This document shows, in pieces, positions 10,978 to 20,424 of a stretch of DNA of 64,000 nucleotides. The first letter of the stretch is position 1. Each line of letters opens with the position of its first letter. The DNA is taken from the NCBI GenBank assembly GCA_963806535.1, contig CAWDYC010000003.1, positions 416,001-480,000 of the forward strand, written 5' to 3'. The notes under the pieces were generated by a model, which saw only the letters and a program-made list of their open reading frames with translations, did no database searches and had not been told where the DNA came from. The DNA is from Candidatus Bathyarchaeota archaeon. GTDB lineage: Archaea; Thermoproteota; Bathyarchaeia; Bathyarchaeales; Bathycorpusculaceae. Both the position numbers and the translations under genes were made by a program.

Positions 10978-11265
10978 ATGACTGAAAATGCAGATGTTAT
11001 CTTCGTGGGAAATAAACCTCCAATGAGTTATGTTCTGGCAATCATAACAAGCCTCTCAGCAAGCAACTTGAAAGAAATTACTTTGAAAGCTCGAGGACAA
11101 GCAATAACCACCGCTGTTGACGTAGCTGAGATCACAAGAAACCGTTTCGTTAAAGACCTTAAAGTTGCAAAGATTGTTATCGGAACAGCCGAGATGCCAC
11201 CTCGTGAGGGAGAAAGCAAGTCCAGAATGGTTTCCACAATGGAGATAACCTTAAGCAAAAAGTAA
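10978..11265 (+). CDS. albA: DNA/RNA-binding protein Alba
   Basis: IFVGNKPPMSYV, LKARGQAITTAVDVAE, VSTMEI. Confidence 0.95.
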   Translation: MTENADVIFVGNKPPMSYVLAIITSLSASNLKEITLKARGQAITTAVDVAEITRNRFVKDLKVAKIVIGTAEMPPREGESKSRMVSTMEITLSKK

Positions 11266-11445
11266 GACTGGACAATCAAACAAGAAATTAAAAAAAATCC
11301 AAACTTACTTCTTCTTATTTTTTAGTACTCTAGGAAAAAGGCTTTCGTTGGTTTATTTATCTCGACGCACACATGACCATGATTGTTGAATCGTAAGGTT
11401 AAATAGCTGATTTTGTTAGTAAAAGAATTACTCAGTGTGAGGGCA

Positions 11446-12735
11446 ATGTTGGACATCAAGCTAATCCGTGAAAATCCTGATCTTATCAAAACCAATTTAG
11501 CAAAACGCGGCAATCCAGAATGCCTCCAAAAGCTAGAGGATTTAGTCGCCGTTGACAAGGAATGGCGAATAAACCTAACAAAATTAAACGAACTACGCCA
11601 CCAACGCAAGCAAATAACCATAGAAATCGCTAAACTCAAAAAAGCCGGCAAAGAAGCTGACAACGAAGTCCACAGCGCCCAGGACATAGACTTAAAAATA
11701 AGAGATGTTGAGAGGCAAGTAAGCCAGGAAGAAGAAAAGACTCATTCTTACCTTATGCAGCTCCCAAACCTACTCGACGACACTGTTCCTCTTGGAAAAG
11801 ATTCAAACGATAATGTTCAGGTAAAGACTTGGGGAACAATTCCAACGTTTAATTTTCCGATAAAAAATCATATAGACCTGGCTTTGGAATTGGATCAAAT
11901 TGACATGGAAAGAGCCGGTAAAATCTCCGGCGCCCGATTCTTCTATCTCAAAAACCAGGTTGCTCGACTAGACATGGCGTTGATGAGCTTGGCCATTGAA
12001 TTGTTAACAAAAAAAGGTTACACTCCAATTATTCCACCCTTATTGATGACGAGGAAAGCCTACGAAGGAGTAACAGCGCTGGGCGACTTTGCAGATGTCC
12101 TTTACAAAGTGGAAAACGAAGACCTATACCTCATCGCCACTTCCGAGCATCCTATGGCTGCAATGTACATGGATGAGGTGTTGAAAGAGCAGGATATGCC
12201 GTTGAAACTTGCTGGCATAAGCACTTGTTTTAGAAAAGAAGCAGGAGCTCACGGCAAAGATACAAGAGGAATATTCCGCACACACCAATTCAACAAGATA
12301 GAACAATTTATCTTTTGCAAACCCGAAGACTCAGCTAAGCTACATGAGGAACTGCTACTGAACGCAGAAGAGTTCCTTCAGAAACTTGAATTGCCGTATC
12401 GTGTCGTCAACGTTTGCACAGGCGACATAGGTACTGTTGCCGCCAAAAAATACGACATTGAAGCTTGGATGCCAGCACAAAATGGTTACCGCGAAGTCGT
12501 ATCCTGCAGCAACTGCACCGACTATCAAGGAAGACGTTTAGGTATCCGGTACAGGGAAAAAGAAGGTGCACCAACCAAAGGATTTGTTAACACTTTAAAC
12601 TCTACCGCCGTAGCAACTGGCAGAACCATAGTTGCCATTTTGGAGAATAATCAGCTAGAAGACAGCTCAGTAAACATACCTGAGGCTTTAAGAAAATATA
12701 TGGGCAATACAGATAAAATTGAAAGAAAACGCTAA
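11446..12735 (+). CDS. serS: Seryl-tRNA synthetase
   Basis: MLDIKLIRENP, LIATSEHP, FRKEAG..RTHQFNKIEQF, EVVSCSNC, TLNST. Confidence 0.97.
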   Translation: MLDIKLIRENPDLIKTNLAKRGNPECLQKLEDLVAVDKEWRINLTKLNELRHQRKQITIEIAKLKKAGKEADNEVHSAQDIDLKIRDVERQVSQEEEKTHSYLMQLPNLLDDTVPLGKDSNDNVQVKTWGTIPTFNFPIKNHIDLALELDQIDMERAGKISGARFFYLKNQVARLDMALMSLAIELLTKKGYTPIIPPLLMTRKAYEGVTALGDFADVLYKVENEDLYLIATSEHPMAAMYMDEVLKEQDMPLKLAGISTCFRKEAGAHGKDTRGIFRTHQFNKIEQFIFCKPEDSAKLHEELLLNAEEFLQKLELPYRVVNVCTGDIGTVAAKKYDIEAWMPAQNGYREVVSCSNCTDYQGRRLGIRYREKEGAPTKGFVNTLNSTAVATGRTIVAILENNQLEDSSVNIPEALRKYMGNTDKIERKR

Positions 12736-12785
12736 ACCTTTTAATATTTCTATGAGTATGTTGATGCGCGTTTGGAGAAATTAAT

Positions 12786-13415
12786 TTGTCTTCAAAAACT
12801 AAACATATTAGAGATAAATGGCGTGGAAAAGGATGGTATATGGTTGTTGCACCGTCCTTCTTTGGCAACATTGAGTTAGGCTCCATTCCAGCTCAAGAAC
12901 CAGAGCAACTCATCGGCAGAGTTGTAGAAGCAACTCTATACGATATTACAGCTGACTTTTCACATCACTATTTGAAAATGTTCTTCCAAGTTAACGAGAT
13001 TGACCAAAAAACCGCAAAGACCCTGTTTAAAGGACACGAATACTCAAGGGATTATCTTCGAAGCTTGGTCAGAAGAAGAACAACAAAAGTTGATTCACTA
13101 ATTAACCTAACCACAAAAGACGGCTACAAACTCAGGATTGCAGTTTCAGCGTTGACACTTTCTAGAATAAAGACTTCACAAGAAAAAATAATTCGCAAAT
13201 TAATGGACACAACAATACATCAAAAAGCCGCGGCATTATCGCTTGACCAATTCGTTCAAGAAATGGTTCTTGGAAAAATCGCTTCAGACATCTACAATCA
13301 AGCAAAGGAAGTTGCTCCACTAAGACATGTTGGCATAAGAAAATCTAAACTATTAGCAGCGCCGGCAGCGATACCTCAAGCAGCACCAAAAGAAGAAGCG
13401 CCAGTTCAAGCATAA
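12786..13415 (+). CDS. rps3ae: 30S ribosomal protein S3Ae
   Basis: RDKWRGKGWY..AP, IGRVVEATLYDIT, DYLRSLVRR; TTG start. Confidence 0.95.
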   Translation: MSSKTKHIRDKWRGKGWYMVVAPSFFGNIELGSIPAQEPEQLIGRVVEATLYDITADFSHHYLKMFFQVNEIDQKTAKTLFKGHEYSRDYLRSLVRRRTTKVDSLINLTTKDGYKLRIAVSALTLSRIKTSQEKIIRKLMDTTIHQKAAALSLDQFVQEMVLGKIASDIYNQAKEVAPLRHVGIRKSKLLAAPAAIPQAAPKEEAPVQA

Positions 13416-13511
13416 CCAAACTTTTTTTATTTCATATTCTTTTATTTGGCGAAATACTTTAAACCACAGTTTAAGCTACAATTCTTCCCGTTAACAGAAG
13501 GAAGTATTTAG

Positions 13512-13970
13512 TTGTCAACGAACGCGGGAGTACATGAAAAAGGAACCTTTTCAGCTCAAGATACCATAAATAATATCAAAAAAGACCCCAACTACCACAA
13601 AGCTGGTGCAATAGGACTTTTTATCGGAGTGGTAAGAGGCGAGACTCTGGAAGGAGAAAAAGTCGAGAAACTAGAACTTGAAGCCTATGAAGAAAAAGCA
13701 AACCAAGTTCTCGTCAAAATCTGCGATGATCTAACTCAGAAACCTGGAATAGTCAACGTTCAAATCCATCATTTACTCGGCGAATTTAATGTTGGAGACG
13801 ACTTGGTTTATGTTGCAGTTGCAGGATCCCATCGAACAGATATTTTCCCAGTCCTAAGAGAAGCCGTTGAGAGATACAAGAGTGAAGCACCAGTATTCAA
13901 AAAAGAACAAATAGTCAACGAAAAAGGCGCTTCTTCTCAATATTGGGTTTCAGAAAAACACAAACATTAA
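13512..13970 (+). CDS. moaE: Molybdopterin synthase large subunit MoaE
   Basis: GAIGLFIGVVR, LEAYEE, GSHR, APVFKKE. Confidence 0.9.
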   Translation: MSTNAGVHEKGTFSAQDTINNIKKDPNYHKAGAIGLFIGVVRGETLEGEKVEKLELEAYEEKANQVLVKICDDLTQKPGIVNVQIHHLLGEFNVGDDLVYVAVAGSHRTDIFPVLREAVERYKSEAPVFKKEQIVNEKGASSQYWVSEKHKH

Positions 13971-13997
13971 ACTTCTAAAAAACGCAGATGGAAAGCT

Positions 13998-14918
13998 ATG
14001 ATTACAGCTTTAGCAGGCGGCGTTGGCGCAGCCAGATTTTTAACAGGCCTATTGAAGATTGTTAAAGAAGAAAACCTCTCAGTTATCGTGAATACTGGCG
14101 ATGACATCGAAATGTTCGGGTTGCATATTTCGCCAGATGTAGATATTGTATCATACACTTTAGCGGGTATTGTTGACGAAGAAAAAGGTTGGGGAATAAA
14201 GGGTGATACTTTTCAAGCATTGGGAATGTTGAAAAAACTTGGCTTAGAAACATGGTTTGCGTTAGGTGACAGAGATTTCGCTACGCATATTTTTCGAACA
14301 GATTTGCTGAAAAGGGGTTTTACACTTTCTCAAGCAACCAACGAAATCTGCAAGGGTTTGGGTCTTAAAGTTAAGCTTCTGCCGATGACCAATGATAAGT
14401 TTCAAACGTGGATAAAAATTGATGAAGGTTCAATCCATTTTGAGGAATATTTTGTAAAAAGAAGATCCAGCGAAAAGGTTTTGGGAATTGAATTTGCTGG
14501 CGCCGAGTCCGCTAAACCTTCACCTAAAGTGATAGATTCAATTTTGGAAGCAGAGGTGATTATTATTTGCCCTAGCAATCCGATTGTAAGCATTGGCACT
14601 ATACTATCGGTAAATGGAATAAGGGACGCGTTGAGAAAAACAGAAGCAAGAGTTGTTGGAGTTAGCCCTATCGTTGCAGGTGCTCCAATTAAGGGTCCTG
14701 CAGACAAAATAATGCGAGGTTTAGGTTTTGAGGTTTCAGCTTTTGGTGTCGCTAAGCTATACAGTGATTTTCTAGACGCATTTGTAATTGATAATTTGGA
14801 TGCTGCAGAGAAGGATCGCATTGAGAAACTCGGAATTCAAGTGAAGACAACCAACACTGTTATGAAGAAGTTAGAAGATAAAGTTCAGTTAGCTAAAGTT
14901 GTTTTAGAAAAATCATAA
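13998..14918 (+). CDS. cofD: 2-phospho-L-lactate transferase (F420 biosynthesis)
   Basis: LAGGVGAARF, VNTGDD..GLHISPDVD, LGDRD, PSNPIVSIG, KGPADK. Confidence 0.93.
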   Translation: MITALAGGVGAARFLTGLLKIVKEENLSVIVNTGDDIEMFGLHISPDVDIVSYTLAGIVDEEKGWGIKGDTFQALGMLKKLGLETWFALGDRDFATHIFRTDLLKRGFTLSQATNEICKGLGLKVKLLPMTNDKFQTWIKIDEGSIHFEEYFVKRRSSEKVLGIEFAGAESAKPSPKVIDSILEAEVIIICPSNPIVSIGTILSVNGIRDALRKTEARVVGVSPIVAGAPIKGPADKIMRGLGFEVSAFGVAKLYSDFLDAFVIDNLDAAEKDRIEKLGIQVKTTNTVMKKLEDKVQLAKVVLEKS

Positions 14919-14926
14919 ACTGAAAA

Positions 14927-14953
14927 TATATAGACTAAATAAGAGTCTATATA
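14927..14953. repeat. Perfect 10-bp inverted repeat TATATAGACT-N7-AGTCTATATA
   Basis: Read directly in the cofD-DUF47 intergenic region. Confidence 0.7.
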
Positions 14954-15304
14954 CTATTAGGACATGTTAAATAAGCCAGAAAAGAGCCTTTTTACTCAAG
15001 AGAGCCATGCAAAAGAAGAAATTAAAAAAGAAGTATCGGGAACTCGAAGTTCCATGTTATTTCAATCACATCTGATGAGTGGATACACAGTTTAGAGGGG
15101 AGAAATTGTGAAGGGAGATAATATAGAAGAAAACAAAGCAGAGGCTAAAAAGGCTGATCTTTTAGATTGGCTTTTGGCAATTGATGCATCTGTGCCATGA
15201 CATATTCAAGAAAAAAAATTTGGGGAAAATATGTCTGTAAACAAAATAGGGGTTACTACCTATTTTAGAAGAAGGGTTATATTTCAAGCCCATTAAATAA
15301 TTAC

Positions 15305-15985
15305 ATGGTGATAATAGTGGAGAGAAAAAGCTACGATTGGTTTGAGCAACGGCGCAAAACAAGAGGATTAGAGCTTGCCCACGACCAAATAACCAAAGCT
15401 TTTGACACAGTAACTTGGCTACATAAAGCTACTAAAAGCTTTTCCGAAAAGAATTTCGTTGAAACCCAAAAATACATTGATAACTTGTATAAGACAGAGG
15501 AAGGCGTTGATTCACTTCGAACTGATGTCTTTATGGAGCTATCGAAAGGTGCAGCTCTTGTCGCAGACTACCGAGAAGACCTTTTACACCTTGTTAAACG
15601 TTTAGATACATTAGCAGACCACACGAAAGATGCTGCGAGATGTCTTGAAATGCTTTCTGGAGCAGACATTCCTCAGGAATTAACTGACAAAACGGTTTTT
15701 ATGACTGGAAAACTTGTCGACACCGCTCAGACACTAAGAAGCAGCATAGAAAAAATCTCATCTGACCCTAACGAAGCCATAAAAGAAGCAAAACAAGTTG
15801 GCGACATCGAACACGCAATTGACATTGAATATCTAAAAACTAAAAGCTTATTCGTAAAGTACGGTGCAAGCATAAACTGCGGAGCCATGGTAATATTTGA
15901 TGACCTAATCGAATTCATAGAGCAAGCAGCAGACATGTGTGCGGATACAGCAGACTACATCTTGATACTTTCAAGCAGAGAATAA
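15305..15985 (+). CDS. DUF47/PhoU-like phosphate transport regulator
   Basis: Two helical repeats: EEGVDSLR..REDLLHLVKRLDTLAD; IEHAID..IEQAADMCAD. Confidence 0.85.
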   Translation: MVIIVERKSYDWFEQRRKTRGLELAHDQITKAFDTVTWLHKATKSFSEKNFVETQKYIDNLYKTEEGVDSLRTDVFMELSKGAALVADYREDLLHLVKRLDTLADHTKDAARCLEMLSGADIPQELTDKTVFMTGKLVDTAQTLRSSIEKISSDPNEAIKEAKQVGDIEHAIDIEYLKTKSLFVKYGASINCGAMVIFDDLIEFIEQAADMCADTADYILILSSRE

Positions 15986-16059
15986 AATCCCTTTATTATT
16001 TTATTTTTAATCTTAAATTGCCAAAAAAATTGAACTGATAAGAACAGTTTTTTTGGTAG

Positions 16060-16077
16060 TGGCGGGCCCGCTGGGAT
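16060..16077 (-). repeat. att-like copy of the tRNA-Arg 3' end
   Basis: Identical to 20175-20192. Confidence 0.85.
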
Positions 16078-16101
16078 GCGCTTAATTATTTAAGCGAATC
16101 C
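16074..16101. repeat. Palindrome A: GGATGCGCTTAA-TTAT-TTAAGCGAATCC
   Basis: 12-bp arms with 1 mismatch; overlaps the att copy. Confidence 0.8.
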
Positions 16102-16214
16102 TTCACAAACGAGCCAGATTTGACTAAACGGGTATGATTCCTCACGCTAAAACTTAATTATTAAAGAAAATTTTCATGAATTTTGACCTATCGCCGGCTC
16201 ACTTGTAGGTCCAT

Positions 16215-18443
16215 TTACCGTTTAACTCTTTGGGGGGGTAAACGGACTATGAAAGTTGTGCCTTTTCCTTCGATGCTTTCAAAGGTTACTGTTCCGCCTA
16301 ATCCTTCAGTCATGCGTTTAACGACTGCTAAGCCAAATCCTTGACCCTTAGATTTTGTTGTCATCATAGGCGTGAAAAGCTTCGGTTTGACATCTTCGGG
16401 AATCCCAATTCCTGTATCTTTCACAGTTATCAAAATGTCATTAGTTTTCTTGTCAGTAAACGCGCGAATAGTAAGTTTTCCGCCATTAGGCATAGCTTGG
16501 ACTGCATTCAAAGTTAAATTGGAGAAAATACGCTTGAGATAGTCAGAGTCAGCCATAATTTTGTTTGCATTATCTTCAACTTTGACTTCCACTTTAATTT
16601 CTTTGGGAACCCCGTTTTTAGCCAGTATTTCATCGATTATCGATTTTACTTCTGTTTCTTGTGCCCGTGGGTTGAGAGGTCTAGCATAGTCTTGAAGATC
16701 GGCCACAATCTTGTTGATATACTCAATGTTTTTCTCAATCTCCGTCAAACTTTCAAGCGCATTCGTCTTGCATTCCGAATCTCGAACAGAAGCCAACTCA
16801 ACCTTGGCTAGATAAACGTCGCTTGTAATTGCCTGCAGAGGATTGCGAATATCATGCCCAACCATGCCAGCAGTAGCACCGATAGCAGCTAAACGCTCAG
16901 AATCCTGCAACTGTTTTTCCAGTTTTTTGCGTTCTGTTATATCATTAAAAAGAGAGCCAATTCTGCCTTTAGCGTATGAAAATTGATAAACATCAAACCA
17001 GCGCTTTAGGCTTTGGTTATAGTTAACCATATGCATAGGTATGCTTGTCTTGTCAACCTGTTCGTACGCATCAAACCAGTATTGCTCCAGGTCAGGCGCA
17101 AATTCTTTAGCTCTCTTACCAACTACAAAGTCTGCTTTAAGACCAGTTTGACGCTCGTATGCAGAGTTGACATTAAGAAATTTGAAATCCACCACTTTGT
17201 CATTGTCATATATTAGTTCAACTAGTTGAAATCCATCTTGACTGTTATCAAATATTTGGCGGTGAAGATGCTCGCTTTCCTCTAAGGCTTTTTCAGCTTT
17301 CTTTCGCTCATTGATGTCTCGGAATATTAGCACTACACCCGTGGTATTGCCTTCTTGGTCTTTTATTGGGGCTCCGCTGTCATCAATTGGAATCTCGGTG
17401 CCGTCTTTTCGAATCAGTACTGTGTGGTTAGCCAACCCTACAACAATGCCTTCTTTAAGGACTCGATCAACTGGGCTTTCAACATCAGCATGAGTCTGTT
17501 CGTTGACTATTTTGAATACGTCTTTCAACCCTTTTATCGAAGCCTCATTTAGTGTCCAACCGGTTAATTCTTCAGCGACTCCATTCATGAAAACAACGTT
17601 ACCTGACGTATCGGTAGCGATGACTGCATCACCTATACTTGAAAGAGTGGTCGCCCAGCGTTGCTCGCTTTCTCTAAGCGAAGCTTGAACCCGTTCCAGT
17701 TCAGTTTTAGAGGCAGTTACAGCTTTCAAGTCAGAGGTCATCTTGTTAAAAGCATGGGAGAGTTCGGTTATTTCGTTCTGTCCCTGTATTTCTATTTTGT
17801 AATCCAGATTTCCCAAGCCAATCGTACTAATTCCTTTCTGCAGTCCTGCAACCGAGTTTAGTGTCCTACGAAAAACCAAAAGATAAATTGTTAACAAGAA
17901 AGCTCCAAATGTTCCGACAAGCGATAAAATGAGCAGAGTGCTTGTAAAATTAGTTTGGTGAACTTGGTCGCTTATAGATTGTGATAGCTGAGAGGCGTCC
18001 GAAGTAAGTGTTTGACTTTGAAGAGCCATATTACTCCATCTGAATTGAAATGCAGGATCAATTCGAACACTCACATTTCTGGGAGAGTTGTGCAAGTAGG
18101 TAGTTACATCTTCAAACTGTGCGTTGAGGTTTTGGAAATCTTCTGCCACGTTGCCGACAAGCGTTTGCTGCTGATCGCCTTTGACATCTAAGCTCTGCAA
18201 ATCGCTCGAAAGCGAAGAAAGAATGGAATTCCATTTGGAAAGCTGCAGATCTTCCTGATAGAGAAAATAATCGATCGATACGCTGTTTAGGCTACTTGCT
18301 CCCCGTTCGATATTGCCTGAAATTACTTGCTGATTAGCCAGGTAAGCCGTTTGCTGTTCTGTATTTACAATTGAGGCGGCAATCATAATTAACACGATTG
18401 TGAAAGCGATTATGCAAATTATGAATTGAGTTTTTATTCGCAT
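16215..18443 (-). CDS. Membrane sensor histidine kinase (HAMP, 2x PAS, HisKA, HATPase)
   Basis: Two TM segments, NEITELSHAFNKM HAMP, IGDAVIATD/RKDG PAS, GHDIRNPL H-box, NAVQAM, DTGIGI, GQGFGL. Confidence 0.93.
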   Translation of the reverse strand: MRIKTQFIICIIAFTIVLIMIAASIVNTEQQTAYLANQQVISGNIERGASSLNSVSIDYFLYQEDLQLSKWNSILSSLSSDLQSLDVKGDQQQTLVGNVAEDFQNLNAQFEDVTTYLHNSPRNVSVRIDPAFQFRWSNMALQSQTLTSDASQLSQSISDQVHQTNFTSTLLILSLVGTFGAFLLTIYLLVFRRTLNSVAGLQKGISTIGLGNLDYKIEIQGQNEITELSHAFNKMTSDLKAVTASKTELERVQASLRESEQRWATTLSSIGDAVIATDTSGNVVFMNGVAEELTGWTLNEASIKGLKDVFKIVNEQTHADVESPVDRVLKEGIVVGLANHTVLIRKDGTEIPIDDSGAPIKDQEGNTTGVVLIFRDINERKKAEKALEESEHLHRQIFDNSQDGFQLVELIYDNDKVVDFKFLNVNSAYERQTGLKADFVVGKRAKEFAPDLEQYWFDAYEQVDKTSIPMHMVNYNQSLKRWFDVYQFSYAKGRIGSLFNDITERKKLEKQLQDSERLAAIGATAGMVGHDIRNPLQAITSDVYLAKVELASVRDSECKTNALESLTEIEKNIEYINKIVADLQDYARPLNPRAQETEVKSIIDEILAKNGVPKEIKVEVKVEDNANKIMADSDYLKRIFSNLTLNAVQAMPNGGKLTIRAFTDKKTNDILITVKDTGIGIPEDVKPKLFTPMMTTKSKGQGFGLAVVKRMTEGLGGTVTFESIEGKGTTFIVRLPPQRVKR

Positions 18444-18452
18444 CTTGCTACC

Positions 18453-19476
18453 TCAAGGAGTTATGGTGACTGACTCAGGTTTCACTGAAGCCAAGCCATT
18501 TATGTATACGTAGTTGGTGAAGTCAGGAATCACAGTTTGGTTAGTAAGATTGTTGCTTATTAGCCATCTTGCTTCGCTCTCCATGGCTTGGATAAGCGCT
18601 GGGTCAAGGGAGAGAGCGTACTGGTTCTGAGCCCAGACAGTCTCCATGTATGTATCGGTAAAATTCATCTGTTGCTTGACAATAATCTTAGCTTCAGCTG
18701 GATGATTGACCGTAAACGTTTCAGCTTGGGATAGCGCCCTAAGAAAACTGATGCAAAGTTTAGGGTGCCCTTCAATCCATGCGTTTGTCGCGATAACTTG
18801 CGTAAACTGCGGTTGGTTACTGTTTATTGACCAAACGACTGCATTAGCGCCTAGAACCATCCTTTGCTGAATTTGCATATGGTTGAGCTGTAGCAACCGC
18901 ATCAATAGATCCGTTTACAACGGCGTTAACCCAATCTGTTGGTGTTCTCAGATTAACAATCGTAACATCTTCAGTTTTCAATCCGTTCAAAACCAAAAAT
19001 CTACCCAAATAATATTGAGCTATTGTTCCAAAAGTGGTTCCAATTGTCTTTCCCTTTAAGTCCAAAACATTGTTGATTCCTCTATCTTCCCTTGCAACAA
19101 GATAGACAAAATTACTCTTTGAAATAGTTGCCATTGTTTGCACGGTTTCTTGATTTAATGCCCTTACGACAAGAGGAAACTCAGATGGACCGACAGCAAT
19201 GTCTGCTTCGCCATTAATTACTCCATTAAGTGCACCTGCACCGGAATCATATTTGTGAGTAGTTATGTTAAGGCCATTCTGAGTGAAGAATCCCTGATCT
19301 TGAGCAACCCAAAAAAGAGCTAGAGATTCAAATGGCGAGTACGCGACATTAATTGACTCCAATTTACCATTGTTGGGTGTTTGGGAATTGAGGTAGACAA
19401 ACGAACTAAGGATAATAACTACAATTAAGACGCCCACAACTATTGCTATGATATTTCGCTTTTTGTGTAATGCCAT
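18453..19476 (-). CDS. SsuA/NMT1-like substrate-binding protein; +1 frameshift near 18856
   Basis: N-terminal anchor, VAQDQGFF..GL, DLKGKTIG..GT, GSIDAV..QPY; two ORFs join at KDG[t]LGANAV. Confidence 0.82.
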
Positions 19477-19547
19477 CTAAGATGCCTACAGACTGCAAAC
19501 TTACCTCTATCTAGCACGGCAAAGGTATTTATTATTATTCAAAAAAG

Positions 19548-20060
19548 TTAGAAATCAATCTTATCAGGACTTGAGCAGTCACTCTCAGTTTTACCCCATG
19601 AATCCACAGCGAAACTGGTAAGAGCCCAATGCCATCCTCGCTTCTCGACAATTTGTTCTCCAAATTCATTCTGTAATCGCTTGTTCATTCGTAGAATTCT
19701 CCGACTAATTTGATGGCGGGTAACTAAAACATTCTATTTTAATCTGCAAATCTTTAGGCAACAAACCCGGAGAACCAACTTCATAGAGTTGCTGAAGGAT
19801 TTCTTTATAGAAACTCATCTTTGCAAGCTATGCGCTCGATTAGGGGTTTTTCGAAATTGAAAGAATCCTTCATTCCAGCAAAAATTGTTCACAGCATGAG
19901 TTTAACCTCTTCTATCTCTGGACGACGCTTGTTTGAGTAGTTGTTGATTGTATTTCAAACGACCTATCTTGTCGCTTTGGTTGTGCTTCTTTTTGATGTC
20001 TTGATCGTTATTTTGAAACAAAAATGTAATAGGTTCATGTGGAGTCTACTCAAGAATGGT
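19548..20060 (-). pseudogene. Decayed gene for small, possibly winged-helix protein
   Basis: Stitched frames give KIGRLKYNQQLLK..EEVKLML*TIFAG..KEILQQLYEVGSPGLLPKDL..VTRHQISRRILRMNKRLQNEFGEQIVEKRGWHWALTSF; in-frame stops plus several frameshifts. Confidence 0.6.
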
Positions 20061-20101
20061 TTTTCAAAGACATCAATTCGTTTTCTTAATAACAGGTCTT
20101 A

Positions 20102-20133
20102 TGGGATTCGCTTAAACTATTAAGCAAATCCCA
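20102..20133. repeat. Palindrome B: TGGGATTCGCTTAA-ACTA-TTAAGCAAATCCCA
   Basis: 14-bp arms with 1 mismatch; homologous to palindrome A. Confidence 0.8.
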
Positions 20134-20174
20134 GCCAAAAAGTGAACAGAAACACAACTTTAACATATTAAGGA

Positions 20175-20252
20175 TGGCGGGCCCGCTGGGATTTGAACCC
20201 AGGATTCCCGGCTCCGCAGGCCGATGCCTTGTCCGTACTAGACTACGAGCCC
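20175..20252 (-). tRNA. tRNA-Arg(GCG), CCA encoded
   Basis: GGGCTCG/CGGGCCC acceptor, anticodon loop CT-GCG-GA, T-loop TTCAAAT. Confidence 0.95.
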
Positions 20253-20424
20253 ATATAGATTTACCCAGAAACAAAAAGGGCAGAATAGTAAATACTTTGC
20301 TTAAACTTAAAAATAGTGGTACTATCTTTCTTCAAAAAATTGTTTTTGAATTAAGTGCTTTATCTTAAGTTTAACAAAAAGATAAATAGCTTAAAGAAAA
20401 AATAAAATCATTTGTTGACGAGTA

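Larger units (their letters stand above)
16060..20192. mobile_element. Genomic islet integrated at the tRNA-Arg(GCG) 3' end (no intact integrase)
   Basis: 18-bp direct repeat TGGCGGGCCCGCTGGGAT at 16060-16077 and 20175-20192 (tRNA 3' end). Confidence 0.8.

Noticed and set aside
16060-16101. Split or trans-spliced tRNA half
   Set aside because: Only 18 nt of the 3' end, the intact gene is 4 kb away, and no BHB-forming leader is present; att duplication is simpler
16074-16101. Chromosomal dif site (left arm resembles the XerC arm GGTGCGCATAA)
   Set aside because: Right arm and spacing do not match XerD/dif consensus, and two copies flank an islet; kept only as generic recombinase-like sites
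19880-19900. In-frame TGA as selenocysteine or readthrough
   Set aside because: Surrounded by frameshifts and another stop; no SECIS-like element recognised
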